Assembly: GCA_046757165.1 (NCBI GenBank)
Contig: JBHHXT010000136.1
Location: 1-12,635, forward strand
DNA length: 12,635 bases
Source of the DNA: a bacterium
GTDB taxonomy: Bacteria > Zhuqueibacterota > Zhuqueibacteria > Oceanimicrobiales > Oceanimicrobiaceae
Reading direction: 5' to 3'
A model generated the notes under the pieces. It ran no database searches. It saw only the letters and a program-made list of their open reading frames with translations, and had not been told where the DNA came from. Position 1 is the stretch's first letter. Each line of letters begins with the position of its first letter. Below, in pieces: positions 1 to 8,278 of the stretch. A program made the translations under genes and the position numbers.

Positions 1-33
1 TTTTGCGGCCATCAAAGCTCTATTGGTCAACCA

Positions 34-65
34 CAATCATCAATCATCGATCCTCGATCATCGAT
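34..65. repeat. Short 7-bp-period tandem repeat C(A/G)ATC(A/C)T, about 4.5 copies
   Basis: caatcat-caatcat-cgatcct-cgatcat-cgat read directly at 34-65, just upstream of the RBS of the first CDS. Confidence 0.7.
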
Positions 66-83
66 TAAAACGGGAGAGATTTG

Positions 84-1751
84 ATGCAGTTGTTTAGCAA
101 GTGGACAACCATTCCTGCCTGCGTTTTGCTTGTTGTTGCGCTCTGCCATGCAGAAACTTACTATGTAGACGCAACAAACGGCAAAGACACCAATTCAGGG
201 ACTTCAGAAAGCTCGCCCTGGCAAACCCTGTCAAAGGTCAACGACGCCAATCTGGGCCAGGGAGACAGGGTCCTGCTCGAGCGTGGCGAAGCATGGCGCG
301 GCGAATCCTTGCGGGCCCGGTCAGGGATGACCATCGGCGCCTACGGCAGCGGCGCCCGGCCGAAGATCGATGGCACAATTGTCGTTCCGAATTCTTCATT
401 CAATCAGAGCTCTGGCGTGCCGAACACCTTCAAACTGAAAGAGGAAAGGAGCGTGTCCCAGGTGCTGGAAGACAGCGTGCGCCTGCAACGAGCGAGCCGC
501 AAATCAGAGGTCGGTGACAGACCCGGGAGCTGGTATTGGGCAAAAGGCGCGCTGCATGTGCACGCCAGCGACGACAGCAATATCAAAAACAATGGCAAAC
601 AGTACGAAGTCGGCGTGGTCAACGACGCCATCTATGCCGGAGATGAAAGAAACGTGACCATCGAGGAGGTGCACATTTTGAACTGCGGCGACATGGGGGT
701 CTATGGCATCAACTCGGACCACCTCGTGGTCAGGAACTGCATTATCGAGTACATCAAGAAATCCGGTCCCGGCAGTCCGGATGGCATCGGCCTGAATCAC
801 AACACCTCCAATGCCGTCATCGAGGGCAATGTCATTCACGACATTGGTGACAGGAAAGAAGGGGCCGGGGTTTACATCGGCACGGCCGGCGCGAACCTCG
901 GCTACAATGCGCATGATAATATTGTGCGCAACAACGAGATCTACAATTGCGTGGTCGGTGTGACGATCAAGGTGCATTCGGTGGACAACCTCATCGATGG
1001 CAACCATATTCACCACGTCGTGCACCAGGCCATTCGCTCGGTGAACCGCAACACCGTCACGCGAAATTTCATCCATGATTGTGAGGAGGAGGGCATTGAA
1101 ACGTACAACGATGCCATTGTGGCCTACAATTTCGTGCGCAAGTGCCACGCCGGCGTGATCGTGCTCTCTGTGACCAGCTCCTTTGTCGACCACCAAAAAG
1201 TCGGGCGCAGTAATCAGGTCGTCAACAACACGGTGACTGATTGTGTGATAGGGGTATCGATTTTCAACACAAAAACCGCCCGGACCACGCAGCCAAGAGA
1301 CAACATCATCAAGAACAATCTGTTTTATGACTGCTACCGGCAGCTCTTGATCGCCGACCCAAATGGGTTGCCGGACGACCACAACAACCAATTCGACTAC
1401 AACTGCTATTATTCTTCTACCGGGAGGGTTCTGTTCCGCAACGGACCTGGAGAAAACGACGACGTCACCTTTGCGCAATGGCAGCAGATATACGGCGATG
1501 ATGCGCATTCGATCACCCAGGATCCGCGCCTGACTTCGTCCTCACCACAAACCGTGCCGGACATTCGACTGGCCGGGGACTCCCCCTGTGTCGATGCCGC
1601 CCTGGATGTCGGACTGGTGCAGGACCTCGTTGGCACCTCTGTGCCGCAGGGAAATGGGGTGGATATGGGCGCCCACGAATTTGCCGGCAGTGGCCGGGCA
1701 GACGGGCCACCGGCGCCGCCGCGCAACGTGCGCGCGCAGGTCGACCAGTAG
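84..1751 (+). CDS. Secreted right-handed parallel beta-helix (pectate-lyase-like) protein with a choice-of-anchor-Q-like C-terminal region; probable polysaccharide lyase/hydrolase or binding protein
   Basis: Signal peptide (..CVLLVVALCHA|ETYYVD). N-terminal 'YYVDATNGKDTNSGTSESSPWQTL..LLERGEAW' motif is typical of this family. Repeated 'VIEGNVIHD', 'IVRNNEIYNC', 'IDGNHIHH' coils. C-terminal 'DPRL..SPCVDA..VDMGAHEF'. GGGAGA RBS at 72-77 fits ATG 84 (TTG 81 is an alternative). Confidence 0.85.
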   Translation: MQLFSKWTTIPACVLLVVALCHAETYYVDATNGKDTNSGTSESSPWQTLSKVNDANLGQGDRVLLERGEAWRGESLRARSGMTIGAYGSGARPKIDGTIVVPNSSFNQSSGVPNTFKLKEERSVSQVLEDSVRLQRASRKSEVGDRPGSWYWAKGALHVHASDDSNIKNNGKQYEVGVVNDAIYAGDERNVTIEEVHILNCGDMGVYGINSDHLVVRNCIIEYIKKSGPGSPDGIGLNHNTSNAVIEGNVIHDIGDRKEGAGVYIGTAGANLGYNAHDNIVRNNEIYNCVVGVTIKVHSVDNLIDGNHIHHVVHQAIRSVNRNTVTRNFIHDCEEEGIETYNDAIVAYNFVRKCHAGVIVLSVTSSFVDHQKVGRSNQVVNNTVTDCVIGVSIFNTKTARTTQPRDNIIKNNLFYDCYRQLLIADPNGLPDDHNNQFDYNCYYSSTGRVLFRNGPGENDDVTFAQWQQIYGDDAHSITQDPRLTSSSPQTVPDIRLAGDSPCVDAALDVGLVQDLVGTSVPQGNGVDMGAHEFAGSGRADGPPAPPRNVRAQVDQ

Positions 1752-1809
1752 GCACTACTTCTTGCTGAGTTGGCGAACTTTCTTACGTGCGGGCTTGCAA
1801 AAGCACCGC

Positions 1810-3582
1810 TTACGCAATGAACAACTCATGCCAGATGTGAAAATTGATCACCTTCATCGCAAAACCTTCAAGCCCCGGCGTGCCAAAGACGGCGTCTAAA
1901 TCGAAGTCAAAATAGCGATAGCGCGCCTCCCGGATCTCGCTGATCAGAGCCGCAAAGCCGGCCTCCTCCTTGAAGATTTTCTGATACGGAATTCCCTTGT
2001 TGATTTTCTGGCGGTACACCAGCTCTGCCGGCAGGTACTTTGTCAGCAACTTCTTGCCGTAGTATTTTTGCACGCGGTGTTTGACTTTTCTGCCGGTCGG
2101 AATGTTGAGGAAGAACTCGGTGAGAGATTTGTCTCTGAAAGGGTAGAGCATGATGACATTGCAGCGCCTGGCCAGTTGAAAGGTGATGTTGTTGATTCTT
2201 TTTACTTCATACTGGAAGACTTGCAAGCGGTACATTCTTTCCAGCAAGCTCACCGGGTACTTGGCCTGCTCCGCCAGCTCGAACTCCGGAATAAAGGTGA
2301 CATCTGTCAGTCCAAACGCCTTTCTGACCAGCTCCACTCTTGCGTTCAGGTTGAAGATGGCGAAGTAGAGCTGCGGCGTCATGTCACCGGTCCTGGCGCC
2401 TTTCGCGATCTCATGCATCATCCCGACAACAGGGTTGCGGGCAACGTGCCGGGCCACACGGGTCAGGAAACCAAAGAACCCGGGTGATTTTTCGATGACA
2501 TTCAGGGCCATCAGCAACCGCCCATGTCCCAGGATGGCGTCCGCGCCGTTGCTGTCGAAACAGATGACCGGCGGGCCGTGCGGGCTGGTCTGACGGCCGA
2601 GCTGTTTGTACATGAAGTTGAACATGGACTCGCCTTCGAATATGAGCGGCATTCCGAAGACCTTGATGCCTTCCTGGAGGTTTTCGAGAAACTGGGCCAC
2701 GCCCACTTCGACGATGGTGTGGTCTGAACCAAGGTGGTGCGCGACCTCCTGCGAGTACTGTGCGTCCAGGCCATAAGTTGAGAAATTGGCGCAAATGGAT
2801 TGGTTGCTGCCGAGGTTTTTCAGCAGGCATTGCGTCAAAGCGGAGTCCGTGCCGCCGCTTTGTGTGTTGAGGACCGGGCTGTGCGGAAAGGCTGCGATGA
2901 GCGTGCGGATTCTGTCCGCGAGCAGCTCTTCTAACCTCGTGACGATCTGGTCGTCATCGAGACGCTCGCCACGCATGGGAGCATACGCGATGGGGTCGTA
3001 TGTCCTGGATTGCCACGTGTTGTCTGCACAATGAACCTTCAGAATCTCGAGGATTTTGACCTGGTAGACGTCTTTGAAAAAGGTGTGCTCATCGTTTATC
3101 TGGTCCAGCACAAAGTATTTGGGCAGATCGCGGCTGTTGACCTCGAGCTTGACCAGCTTTTTGATTTCCTGCATGGAATTCGAAATGATGACGGCGTCGT
3201 TCTTTTTGGTGTAGTAAAGGCTTTCCAGCCCTTCACGATCCCTGAGCAAGGTTAGGTCCGGGCCATCCAGGATGACGATGGCGTAGGCGCCATCGAGATG
3301 CGTGGCGATTTCGGGCCCGAGCTTTTTGTACAGCACGGCAATGGCCGTTTCGGGATCAGGGGCCGCGAGGGTGTGCTGTGCCACGAGCTGAGTCAGATTG
3401 TAGAGCACGCCGCTGAAGAAAACTTGTAGATGGTGGATTTTTTTTGGAGCAGAGAATGCGCAGAGGTGGGCATTCAAGCTTATCACCTTGCCGCCAACCT
3501 TCTCCGAGAAATGTCGCGAGAAGAGACAAAAGGAACCAGGTCTGACAATTGCTGGCGCCTGAGGTTGCGTGGGTGCGCTCAT
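1810..3582 (-). CDS. Asparagine synthase-like (AsnB family) ATP-dependent amidotransferase/amide ligase, atypical
   Basis: Ntn-domain remnants 'LDGAYAIVI..LLRDREGLESLYY' and 'TFFKDVYQV'. PP-loop 'SGGTDS'. 'NGADAILGHG' resembles GADELFGGY. 'YPFRD', 'KYYGKKLL..LPAELVYRQK'. Start moved to ATG 3582 (MSAPTQ), 1 nt after the upstream stop; the ORF-track start at 3654 overlaps the acetyltransferase. Confidence 0.8.
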   Translation of the reverse strand: MSAPTQPQAPAIVRPGSFCLFSRHFSEKVGGKVISLNAHLCAFSAPKKIHHLQVFFSGVLYNLTQLVAQHTLAAPDPETAIAVLYKKLGPEIATHLDGAYAIVILDGPDLTLLRDREGLESLYYTKKNDAVIISNSMQEIKKLVKLEVNSRDLPKYFVLDQINDEHTFFKDVYQVKILEILKVHCADNTWQSRTYDPIAYAPMRGERLDDDQIVTRLEELLADRIRTLIAAFPHSPVLNTQSGGTDSALTQCLLKNLGSNQSICANFSTYGLDAQYSQEVAHHLGSDHTIVEVGVAQFLENLQEGIKVFGMPLIFEGESMFNFMYKQLGRQTSPHGPPVICFDSNGADAILGHGRLLMALNVIEKSPGFFGFLTRVARHVARNPVVGMMHEIAKGARTGDMTPQLYFAIFNLNARVELVRKAFGLTDVTFIPEFELAEQAKYPVSLLERMYRLQVFQYEVKRINNITFQLARRCNVIMLYPFRDKSLTEFFLNIPTGRKVKHRVQKYYGKKLLTKYLPAELVYRQKINKGIPYQKIFKEEAGFAALISEIREARYRYFDFDLDAVFGTPGLEGFAMKVINFHIWHELFIA

Positions 3583-3583
3583 C

Positions 3584-4084
3584 CTAACGGCGTGTTTTTG
3601 TAAGTCTCCGAAGTTCACGGGCAGGATTGCCGGCGACCACCATATCCGGCGCAACGTCTTTCGTCACCACCGCGCCCGCGCCGACAACGGCGTTTTCTCC
3701 GATGGTGACGCCGCACAAGATGGTGGCGCTGGAGCCGATGGCTGCGCCCCGCTTGACCCGCGTGGGCTCGCACACCCAGTCTTCATCGGTTTGCAGCGCG
3801 CCGTCCCCGGTGGTCGCACGCGGATACAGGTCATTGATGAACGTCACGTTGTGACCGACAAAGACCTCGTCTTCGATCGTCACCCCCTCGCAGATGAACG
3901 TGTGGCTGGAAATCTTGCAGCGCTTGCCGACTTTCACTCCTTTCTGAATCTCAACGAAGGTGCCAATCCTGGTATGGTCGCCAATCTCGCAGCCGTAAAG
4001 ATTCACAAAGCTGAAAATCTGGACGTTGCTTCCCAGCTTGACGTCCGGGGCGATTTTTTGCAACGGTTCTTCGGTCGAGTTCAT
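3584..4084 (-). CDS. Hexapeptide-repeat (left-handed beta-helix) N-acetyltransferase, WbpD/WlbB/FdtC-like nucleotide-sugar acetyltransferase
   Basis: 'NLYGCEIGDHTRIGTFVEIQKG..CKISSHTFICEGVTIEDEVFVGHNVTFIND' and 'IGENAVVGAGAVVTKDV..VAGNPAR'. Confidence 0.92.
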   Translation of the reverse strand: MNSTEEPLQKIAPDVKLGSNVQIFSFVNLYGCEIGDHTRIGTFVEIQKGVKVGKRCKISSHTFICEGVTIEDEVFVGHNVTFINDLYPRATTGDGALQTDEDWVCEPTRVKRGAAIGSSATILCGVTIGENAVVGAGAVVTKDVAPDMVVAGNPARELRRLTKTRR

Positions 4085-4242
4085 TTTTTGATCTCGTCGT
4101 TATGACTGAATGTCGGAAGCTCGTGTCATTCTGAGCACAAACGCCCATTCGTTGCTTTTCAAGAGCCGCGCTTCCGTGCGAAAATCTGTTGTCGCGAAAA
4201 GTGGATTTCACAAAACTCAAAAGGGGGGTAGAATTCCAATTC

Positions 4243-4602
4243 TACCGCGAAGCGGTTAAACATCAAAGCCCAGGGTGCCCCGACGTGTCGGGGTACCCTG
4301 GGACTGGAAAAACCCTCACAACAACCAAACCCTGAATGGGTTTGACAAGTCGCTTGCCAAGCTGAAATTGTATCACATTTCAATCCCATACGTAGCGCTC
4401 ATCGATTCCAATACCATATTCCCGGCATGGCTGTCGATATTCTCCAGGAACGATTCACAGCGAGAAACGGTTTCTGAACCATTGAGTGGGGCATGACGGC
4501 GCACTCTTTTGTCAAACCCTTTCAGGGTTTCGGTTTTTTGATAACTCACTCCCAGGGTGCGCTTCGCGACCCCGGGCCTTGTTATCATACGCCTTCGGCG
4601 TA
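4243..4602. mobile_element. Non-autonomous REP/REPIN-like element: ~100-bp imperfect inverted repeats (4243-4348 and 4509-4602) flanking a deleted tyrosine-transposase gene
   Basis: The left arm and the reverse complement of the right arm show the same ordered hairpins: accgc-gaa-gcggt / acgcc-gaa-ggcgt; cccagggt..accctggg; aaaccc-tgaa(t/a)-gggttt-gacaa. Confidence 0.8.
4380..4494 (-). pseudogene. tnpA: Internally deleted, frameshifted IS200/IS605-family (Y1 HUH, RAYT-like) transposase remnant
   Basis: Minus strand from ATG 4494 reads MPHSMVQKPFL (cf. the TnpA start MPQSLxQ..KxR.PFL). Another frame, 4442-4380, reads EYRQPCREYGIGIDERYVWD* (cf. the TnpA end ..E(F/Y)RxLCxKYGxExDERYVWD*). The HUH and catalytic Tyr region is absent. 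Confidence 0.8.
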
Positions 4603-4663
4603 ACCGCGTCAAATTCACTCAATAAATATGGAAAGTGCATCCATTATCATTTGCTCGGTACTT

Positions 4664-5866
4664 CTATGTCTGGATACCCGCGCTTTGCAGCAAGCCATGA
4701 ACGATCGCCACAAAATGTTTGCGCTGGGAGTGCCAGCGCCAGGTGTTGTAGACTGCCATCCCTTTGTTGAGAACGTGGTCATCCTGCGACAGACCGGCGT
4801 AAACGCGGCGTAGCGCGTGTGTCAGACTTTCTGCATCGCCGGGCTCAAAAACATAGAGCGAGTCTTCGTCGAAGTAGTCCAGGATGCCCCGCGTGCGGGG
4901 CGCAACCACCGGCTTGTGCATGCAAAGATACTCGAAAATTCGCGTCGGCAGGTTCAGCTCTGTAAAGGGAGTGCGCTTGTTCGGGATCAGCCCGACATCC
5001 GTCTGCGCGATGGCGCTGGCAATTTGCTCCAGAGAGACATGGCCATGATAGTTCACCATTTCTCCCAGGCCAAGCGCTGCTGTTTGCGTCTGGAATTGCT
5101 CGACATCGTCGCCATCGCCAAAGACATCGAAAACCAGGCCGGGAACCGTTTCTCGAAGCTGGTCGATGGCGGTCAATGCGGTCTCGAGGCCATGTCTTTC
5201 AACAATCGTTCCATGAAACATGATGTGAAAGCTGGCCTGACCATCGTTGCGCTTACGTGGCAGGTCCCCGTTGCGAATGGTGAAAATGTTTTCCTGGGGT
5301 GAGTTCATCACGATGTGAATTTTCTCTCGGGGGCAGCTTCGCGCCAGAAAGACCTCCCTGAAAGCTGCATTGGGCGTGAGTACGAGATCGGCGAACGAGA
5401 TGCTCAGCCTTTCCAGCGCTTTCATGAGTCTGATGACGGGATGGGAGCGAGCCAGAGAATATTTGGTCATGAGCACCTCGGGCATGGGATCATGCAAATC
5501 CAGGATGATTCTGGCCCCCCTCAGGCGAGGCACCAGCGCGCTGAGCACCAGGATATCGGGCATGTTGTGGATGTGTACGAGGGCGTACCTGTGCCGAATG
5601 GCCAGCCGGGCAAGTGTGAAAAAGGCGAGCATGATAAATGCGAAATACTCCCAAAGATACCTGATTTTGCCGGCACGCCTGCGCCGCAAAGGCAACCGGT
5701 AGACGGTGACGCCAGCGACTTGCTCCTTCTCTTTCTCAAACCTGTTGCGCAAGCAGACCACGTCAACGGCGAAGCCCTCTGCGGCCAGGGCCTCGGCTTC
5801 ACGCCGCACCCGCGGGTCGGCGGGATAGTAGGAGAAGACCGCAGCAACGATTCTTTTATTTGACAT
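4664..5866 (-). CDS. Glycosyltransferase family 4 (GT-B fold)
   Basis: 'YYPADPRVRREAEAL', 'VHIHNMPD', 'ILDLHDPMPE', 'FHGTIVERHGLE', 'LPTRIFEYLCMHKPVVA'. Start set to ATG 5866 (MSNKRIV), 4 nt after the upstream stop. Confidence 0.92.
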   Translation of the reverse strand: MSNKRIVAAVFSYYPADPRVRREAEALAAEGFAVDVVCLRNRFEKEKEQVAGVTVYRLPLRRRRAGKIRYLWEYFAFIMLAFFTLARLAIRHRYALVHIHNMPDILVLSALVPRLRGARIILDLHDPMPEVLMTKYSLARSHPVIRLMKALERLSISFADLVLTPNAAFREVFLARSCPREKIHIVMNSPQENIFTIRNGDLPRKRNDGQASFHIMFHGTIVERHGLETALTAIDQLRETVPGLVFDVFGDGDDVEQFQTQTAALGLGEMVNYHGHVSLEQIASAIAQTDVGLIPNKRTPFTELNLPTRIFEYLCMHKPVVAPRTRGILDYFDEDSLYVFEPGDAESLTHALRRVYAGLSQDDHVLNKGMAVYNTWRWHSQRKHFVAIVHGLLQSAGIQT

Positions 5867-5870
5867 GGAC

Positions 5871-6812
5871 TTACCCGGTGTATTTTTTCGTCTCCACATC
5901 TTGCCAGCCCAGGCTCTTTCGCAAGTGTGCATTGCTGTAGCGCAGATTGCGCGTGGCGCAAGCGAGGGCGTAATCGATATTGCTTTTGCCCGGCTTTCCC
6001 AGTCCCTTTTTGAGCACGCGCACGCCGAAGAATCCGGCACGCACGAGCGCAGGCGGCACAAAGAGCTGTTTCAAGTTCAACTGCTTTTGTGCTCCCCAGC
6101 TTCTGTACCACTGCTTTTGCGCGAGCTGCCCGGTGGGGGTCACATTGAAAACATCGCCATCCTTGCCTCGCGCTAACCAGGCGGTGATAGCACTTGCCAC
6201 ATCGCTGGCGTGAATGTTTGGCATGAGGTTCTGGCCGTTGCCAAGTCCGATGGCCAGACAAAATCCTTTTCTGCCAGCGATTTTCTTGATAAAACTCTTG
6301 GTCTCGTCGAAAATCGGGCCAGGTCGAAAAATGCCCAAACGCGTTTTCCCGCGCTCGAGTGCGTGCAGCATCTTTTCAATCTGGATTTTTTCAACCGGGT
6401 AACGGTCTTCCTGCAGCTTGGTCAGGGGCGTTCTCTCATCGATTTCGGCCCCTCCGTTTTCCTCCATGCCGTAGACGGCGACGGAGCTGACAAACGCAAA
6501 TGATTTCACACCCGCTGCAACGCTTTCGCTGAACAACAGCTCGGTGCCCGGGATGTTTATGCCAGGATGGCCCGGCTCCGGTGCGCGAAAGCTCCAGGCG
6601 CAATGCACCACACTATCGACGCCAGCCACCGCACGGTTCACGGTGTCCGCGTCTGCAACAGACCCCCAGACGATCTCGGTTTCTGCCGGCAAGTCGCGTC
6701 TGGCCACGGTACTCGTGTGCAGGACTACCCGTAACGTGTGGTTTTCTTTGCGCAGGGCCCGGGCAATGTGGTTGCCCAGGAAGCCAGCGTAGCCTGTCAG
6801 CAAAACTTTCAT
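5871..6812 (-). CDS. NAD-dependent epimerase/dehydratase (extended SDR)
   Basis: Rossmann motif 'MKVLLTGYAGFLG', 'VVHCA', 'FVSSVAVYG', catalytic YxxxK 'YPVEK', 'FRPGPIF'. GGGAGA RBS at 6829-6824 upstream of ATG 6812. Confidence 0.9.
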   Translation of the reverse strand: MKVLLTGYAGFLGNHIARALRKENHTLRVVLHTSTVARRDLPAETEIVWGSVADADTVNRAVAGVDSVVHCAWSFRAPEPGHPGINIPGTELLFSESVAAGVKSFAFVSSVAVYGMEENGGAEIDERTPLTKLQEDRYPVEKIQIEKMLHALERGKTRLGIFRPGPIFDETKSFIKKIAGRKGFCLAIGLGNGQNLMPNIHASDVASAITAWLARGKDGDVFNVTPTGQLAQKQWYRSWGAQKQLNLKQLFVPPALVRAGFFGVRVLKKGLGKPGKSNIDYALACATRNLRYSNAHLRKSLGWQDVETKKYTG

Positions 6813-6857
6813 GGTTGTTTTTGTCTCCCTATGACCACGCAACCTTGCGAAGATTTT

Positions 6858-7060
6858 CTCGCTCCCATGCTCTGCGTCTTTTTTCTTTCTCGCTCCCATG
6901 CTCCGCGTGGGAGCGCACACTTGACGCTCTGCGTCAAGTTACAGGAAATGCCTGAGTAACCTTGCGAAGGTTTTGAACCTTCGCAAGGTCTTAGAGAGTC
7001 TTGCACTCTCGCTCCCATGCTCTGCGTGGGAGCGCATCCCTGACGCTCCGCGTCAAGTTA
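6858..7060. repeat. REP-like double-hairpin repeat: two 53-bp copies (6889-6941, 7008-7060) and one partial copy (6858-6877)
   Basis: ctcgctcccatgct(c)(c/t)gcgtgggagcgca..tgacgctc(t/c)gcgtcaagtta; stems gctccca/tgggagc and tgacgc/gcgtca. Confidence 0.85.
6958..6989. repeat. Second palindromic REP-like unit, with a half copy at 6841-6857
   Basis: aaccttgcgaaggtt-ttg-aaccttcgcaaggt is a near-perfect inverted repeat in which each half is itself a hairpin. aaccttgcgaagatttt recurs at 6841. Confidence 0.75.
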
Positions 7061-7099
7061 TGAAACCTGGCCTCGAGCCGATTCTCACGGTCATCGCGA

Positions 7100-8206
7100 T
7101 CACTCCCGAACCCGTTTCTCCGGCCGTGTTTTCCCGGCCCGTTTCCCGCGCCCGTTTGATGTGACCCGATAGTCGATCTCGTTCCAAATAACGTCCAGCA
7201 GATGTGTGACCTCCAGGACGGTTTCGTCCCGCACCAGGCGCTCCGCCTGGCCCGCGATGTTCGCATAGAAATTTTCAATCAGATTTGTAATGCCCGGCTC
7301 TTTGCGGAGCTTGCCCCGGACGGTTTGCCAGGCGTTGCCGAACGTGCCCGTGATCTGCGCCAGCCCTTCTTGTAATCCTGATGCGGCTTTTTTGACGAAA
7401 TTGTGCGGCCCGCGCCCTTCTGTGGCAGTGAACAGCATCCGGCCCATATCGACGGTGACCGAGCCTTTTTCAAACAGGAGGTGAGCTCGGCGGTCCGCGC
7501 TGCCGTGACCGAGGGACAGCGTGAATGAACCCACCTGGTCTTCGTTTTCCAGGGCGACGTGCAGCAAATCCGGGCAGTCGTACGGCAGGACATTTCGACG
7601 GCCAACCAGAATTTTGTGATGCTTGATGGGGGCCAGCAGGTCCAGGACCAGGCTGGCCGGATGGTCGATCATGTTCTGCAAAATGCCGCCCTTCAGCGCA
7701 TAGGCCCAGTGGTCCGGCGTGTTGTACGGAATACGGTTGTTTGGCCAGGAGCAGCCAAAGGTGCAATGCACGGCAATGAGCCGGCCAAACCTGCCGCCGG
7801 CCATTTCCCTTTTGAGCCGCAGGACCACGGGCATGCCAAGGGTACTGTAGCCCGGATAGAGCACCACCTGTTTTTTCGCGGCCAGGGCGGCCAGCTTTTC
7901 GAAGCTGGCGCGGGTCTCGGTCACGGGTTTTTCGACGTACACATGGCAGCCTGCTCGAATCGCCTGCGTTGCCAGCGTGGCGTGCGTGGGCGGCGGCGTG
8001 ACGATGTGCACGGCATCTGGTTTTTCGGAGGCCAGCAGCGCTGCAAGGTCGGTGTGGACGGCTTTGAGCGACCATTTGCGCGCGAGCGCTTCCGCCCGGC
8101 TGCGATCGCGATCACACAGGAGAATCCGCGCACCCGGCTGCACCTGCTCGAGCGCGCGTACATGGGTGTCGGCAATCAGACCACATCCTGTTATGACAAT
8201 CTTCAA
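7100..8206 (-). CDS. Gfo/Idh/MocA family NAD(P)-dependent oxidoreductase
   Basis: 'KIVITGCGLIA', 'KPDAVHIVTPPPTHA', 'HVYVEKPV', 'GGILQNMIDHP'. TTG start with AAGGGA RBS at 8215-8210. Confidence 0.92.
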   Translation of the reverse strand: MKIVITGCGLIADTHVRALEQVQPGARILLCDRDRSRAEALARKWSLKAVHTDLAALLASEKPDAVHIVTPPPTHATLATQAIRAGCHVYVEKPVTETRASFEKLAALAAKKQVVLYPGYSTLGMPVVLRLKREMAGGRFGRLIAVHCTFGCSWPNNRIPYNTPDHWAYALKGGILQNMIDHPASLVLDLLAPIKHHKILVGRRNVLPYDCPDLLHVALENEDQVGSFTLSLGHGSADRRAHLLFEKGSVTVDMGRMLFTATEGRGPHNFVKKAASGLQEGLAQITGTFGNAWQTVRGKLRKEPGITNLIENFYANIAGQAERLVRDETVLEVTHLLDVIWNEIDYRVTSNGRGKRAGKTRPEKRVRE

Positions 8207-8278
8207 AGTTCCCTTGCGTCAGAGTTCCAACTGTGTTTTATGTTATTACCACCCGTTTCTTACAAAAAAGTGTCAAAA

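Noticed and set aside
504..1508. 334-aa minus-strand ORF
   Set aside because: Antisense shadow of the beta-helix gene; no recognisable motifs.
1810..3582. Lasso peptide cyclase / RiPP cluster
   Set aside because: No precursor peptide, B1/RRE or B2 protease is seen; the neighbours are sugar-modifying enzymes.
4159..4618. Short ORFs 4159-4389, 4275-4496 and 4373-4618 as real genes
   Set aside because: They are translations of repeat arms and off-frame transposase remnant.
5867..6920. Long N-terminal extensions given by the ORF track (starts 6061 and 6920; likewise 3654 and 11659)
   Set aside because: They overlap neighbouring genes, repeats or the putative promoter; downstream ATGs fit RBS position, gene packing and domain starts better.
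6858..7060. CRISPR array
   Set aside because: Only two full 53-bp copies and one partial copy, with irregular spacing, a spacer that is itself a palindromic repeat, and no cas genes.
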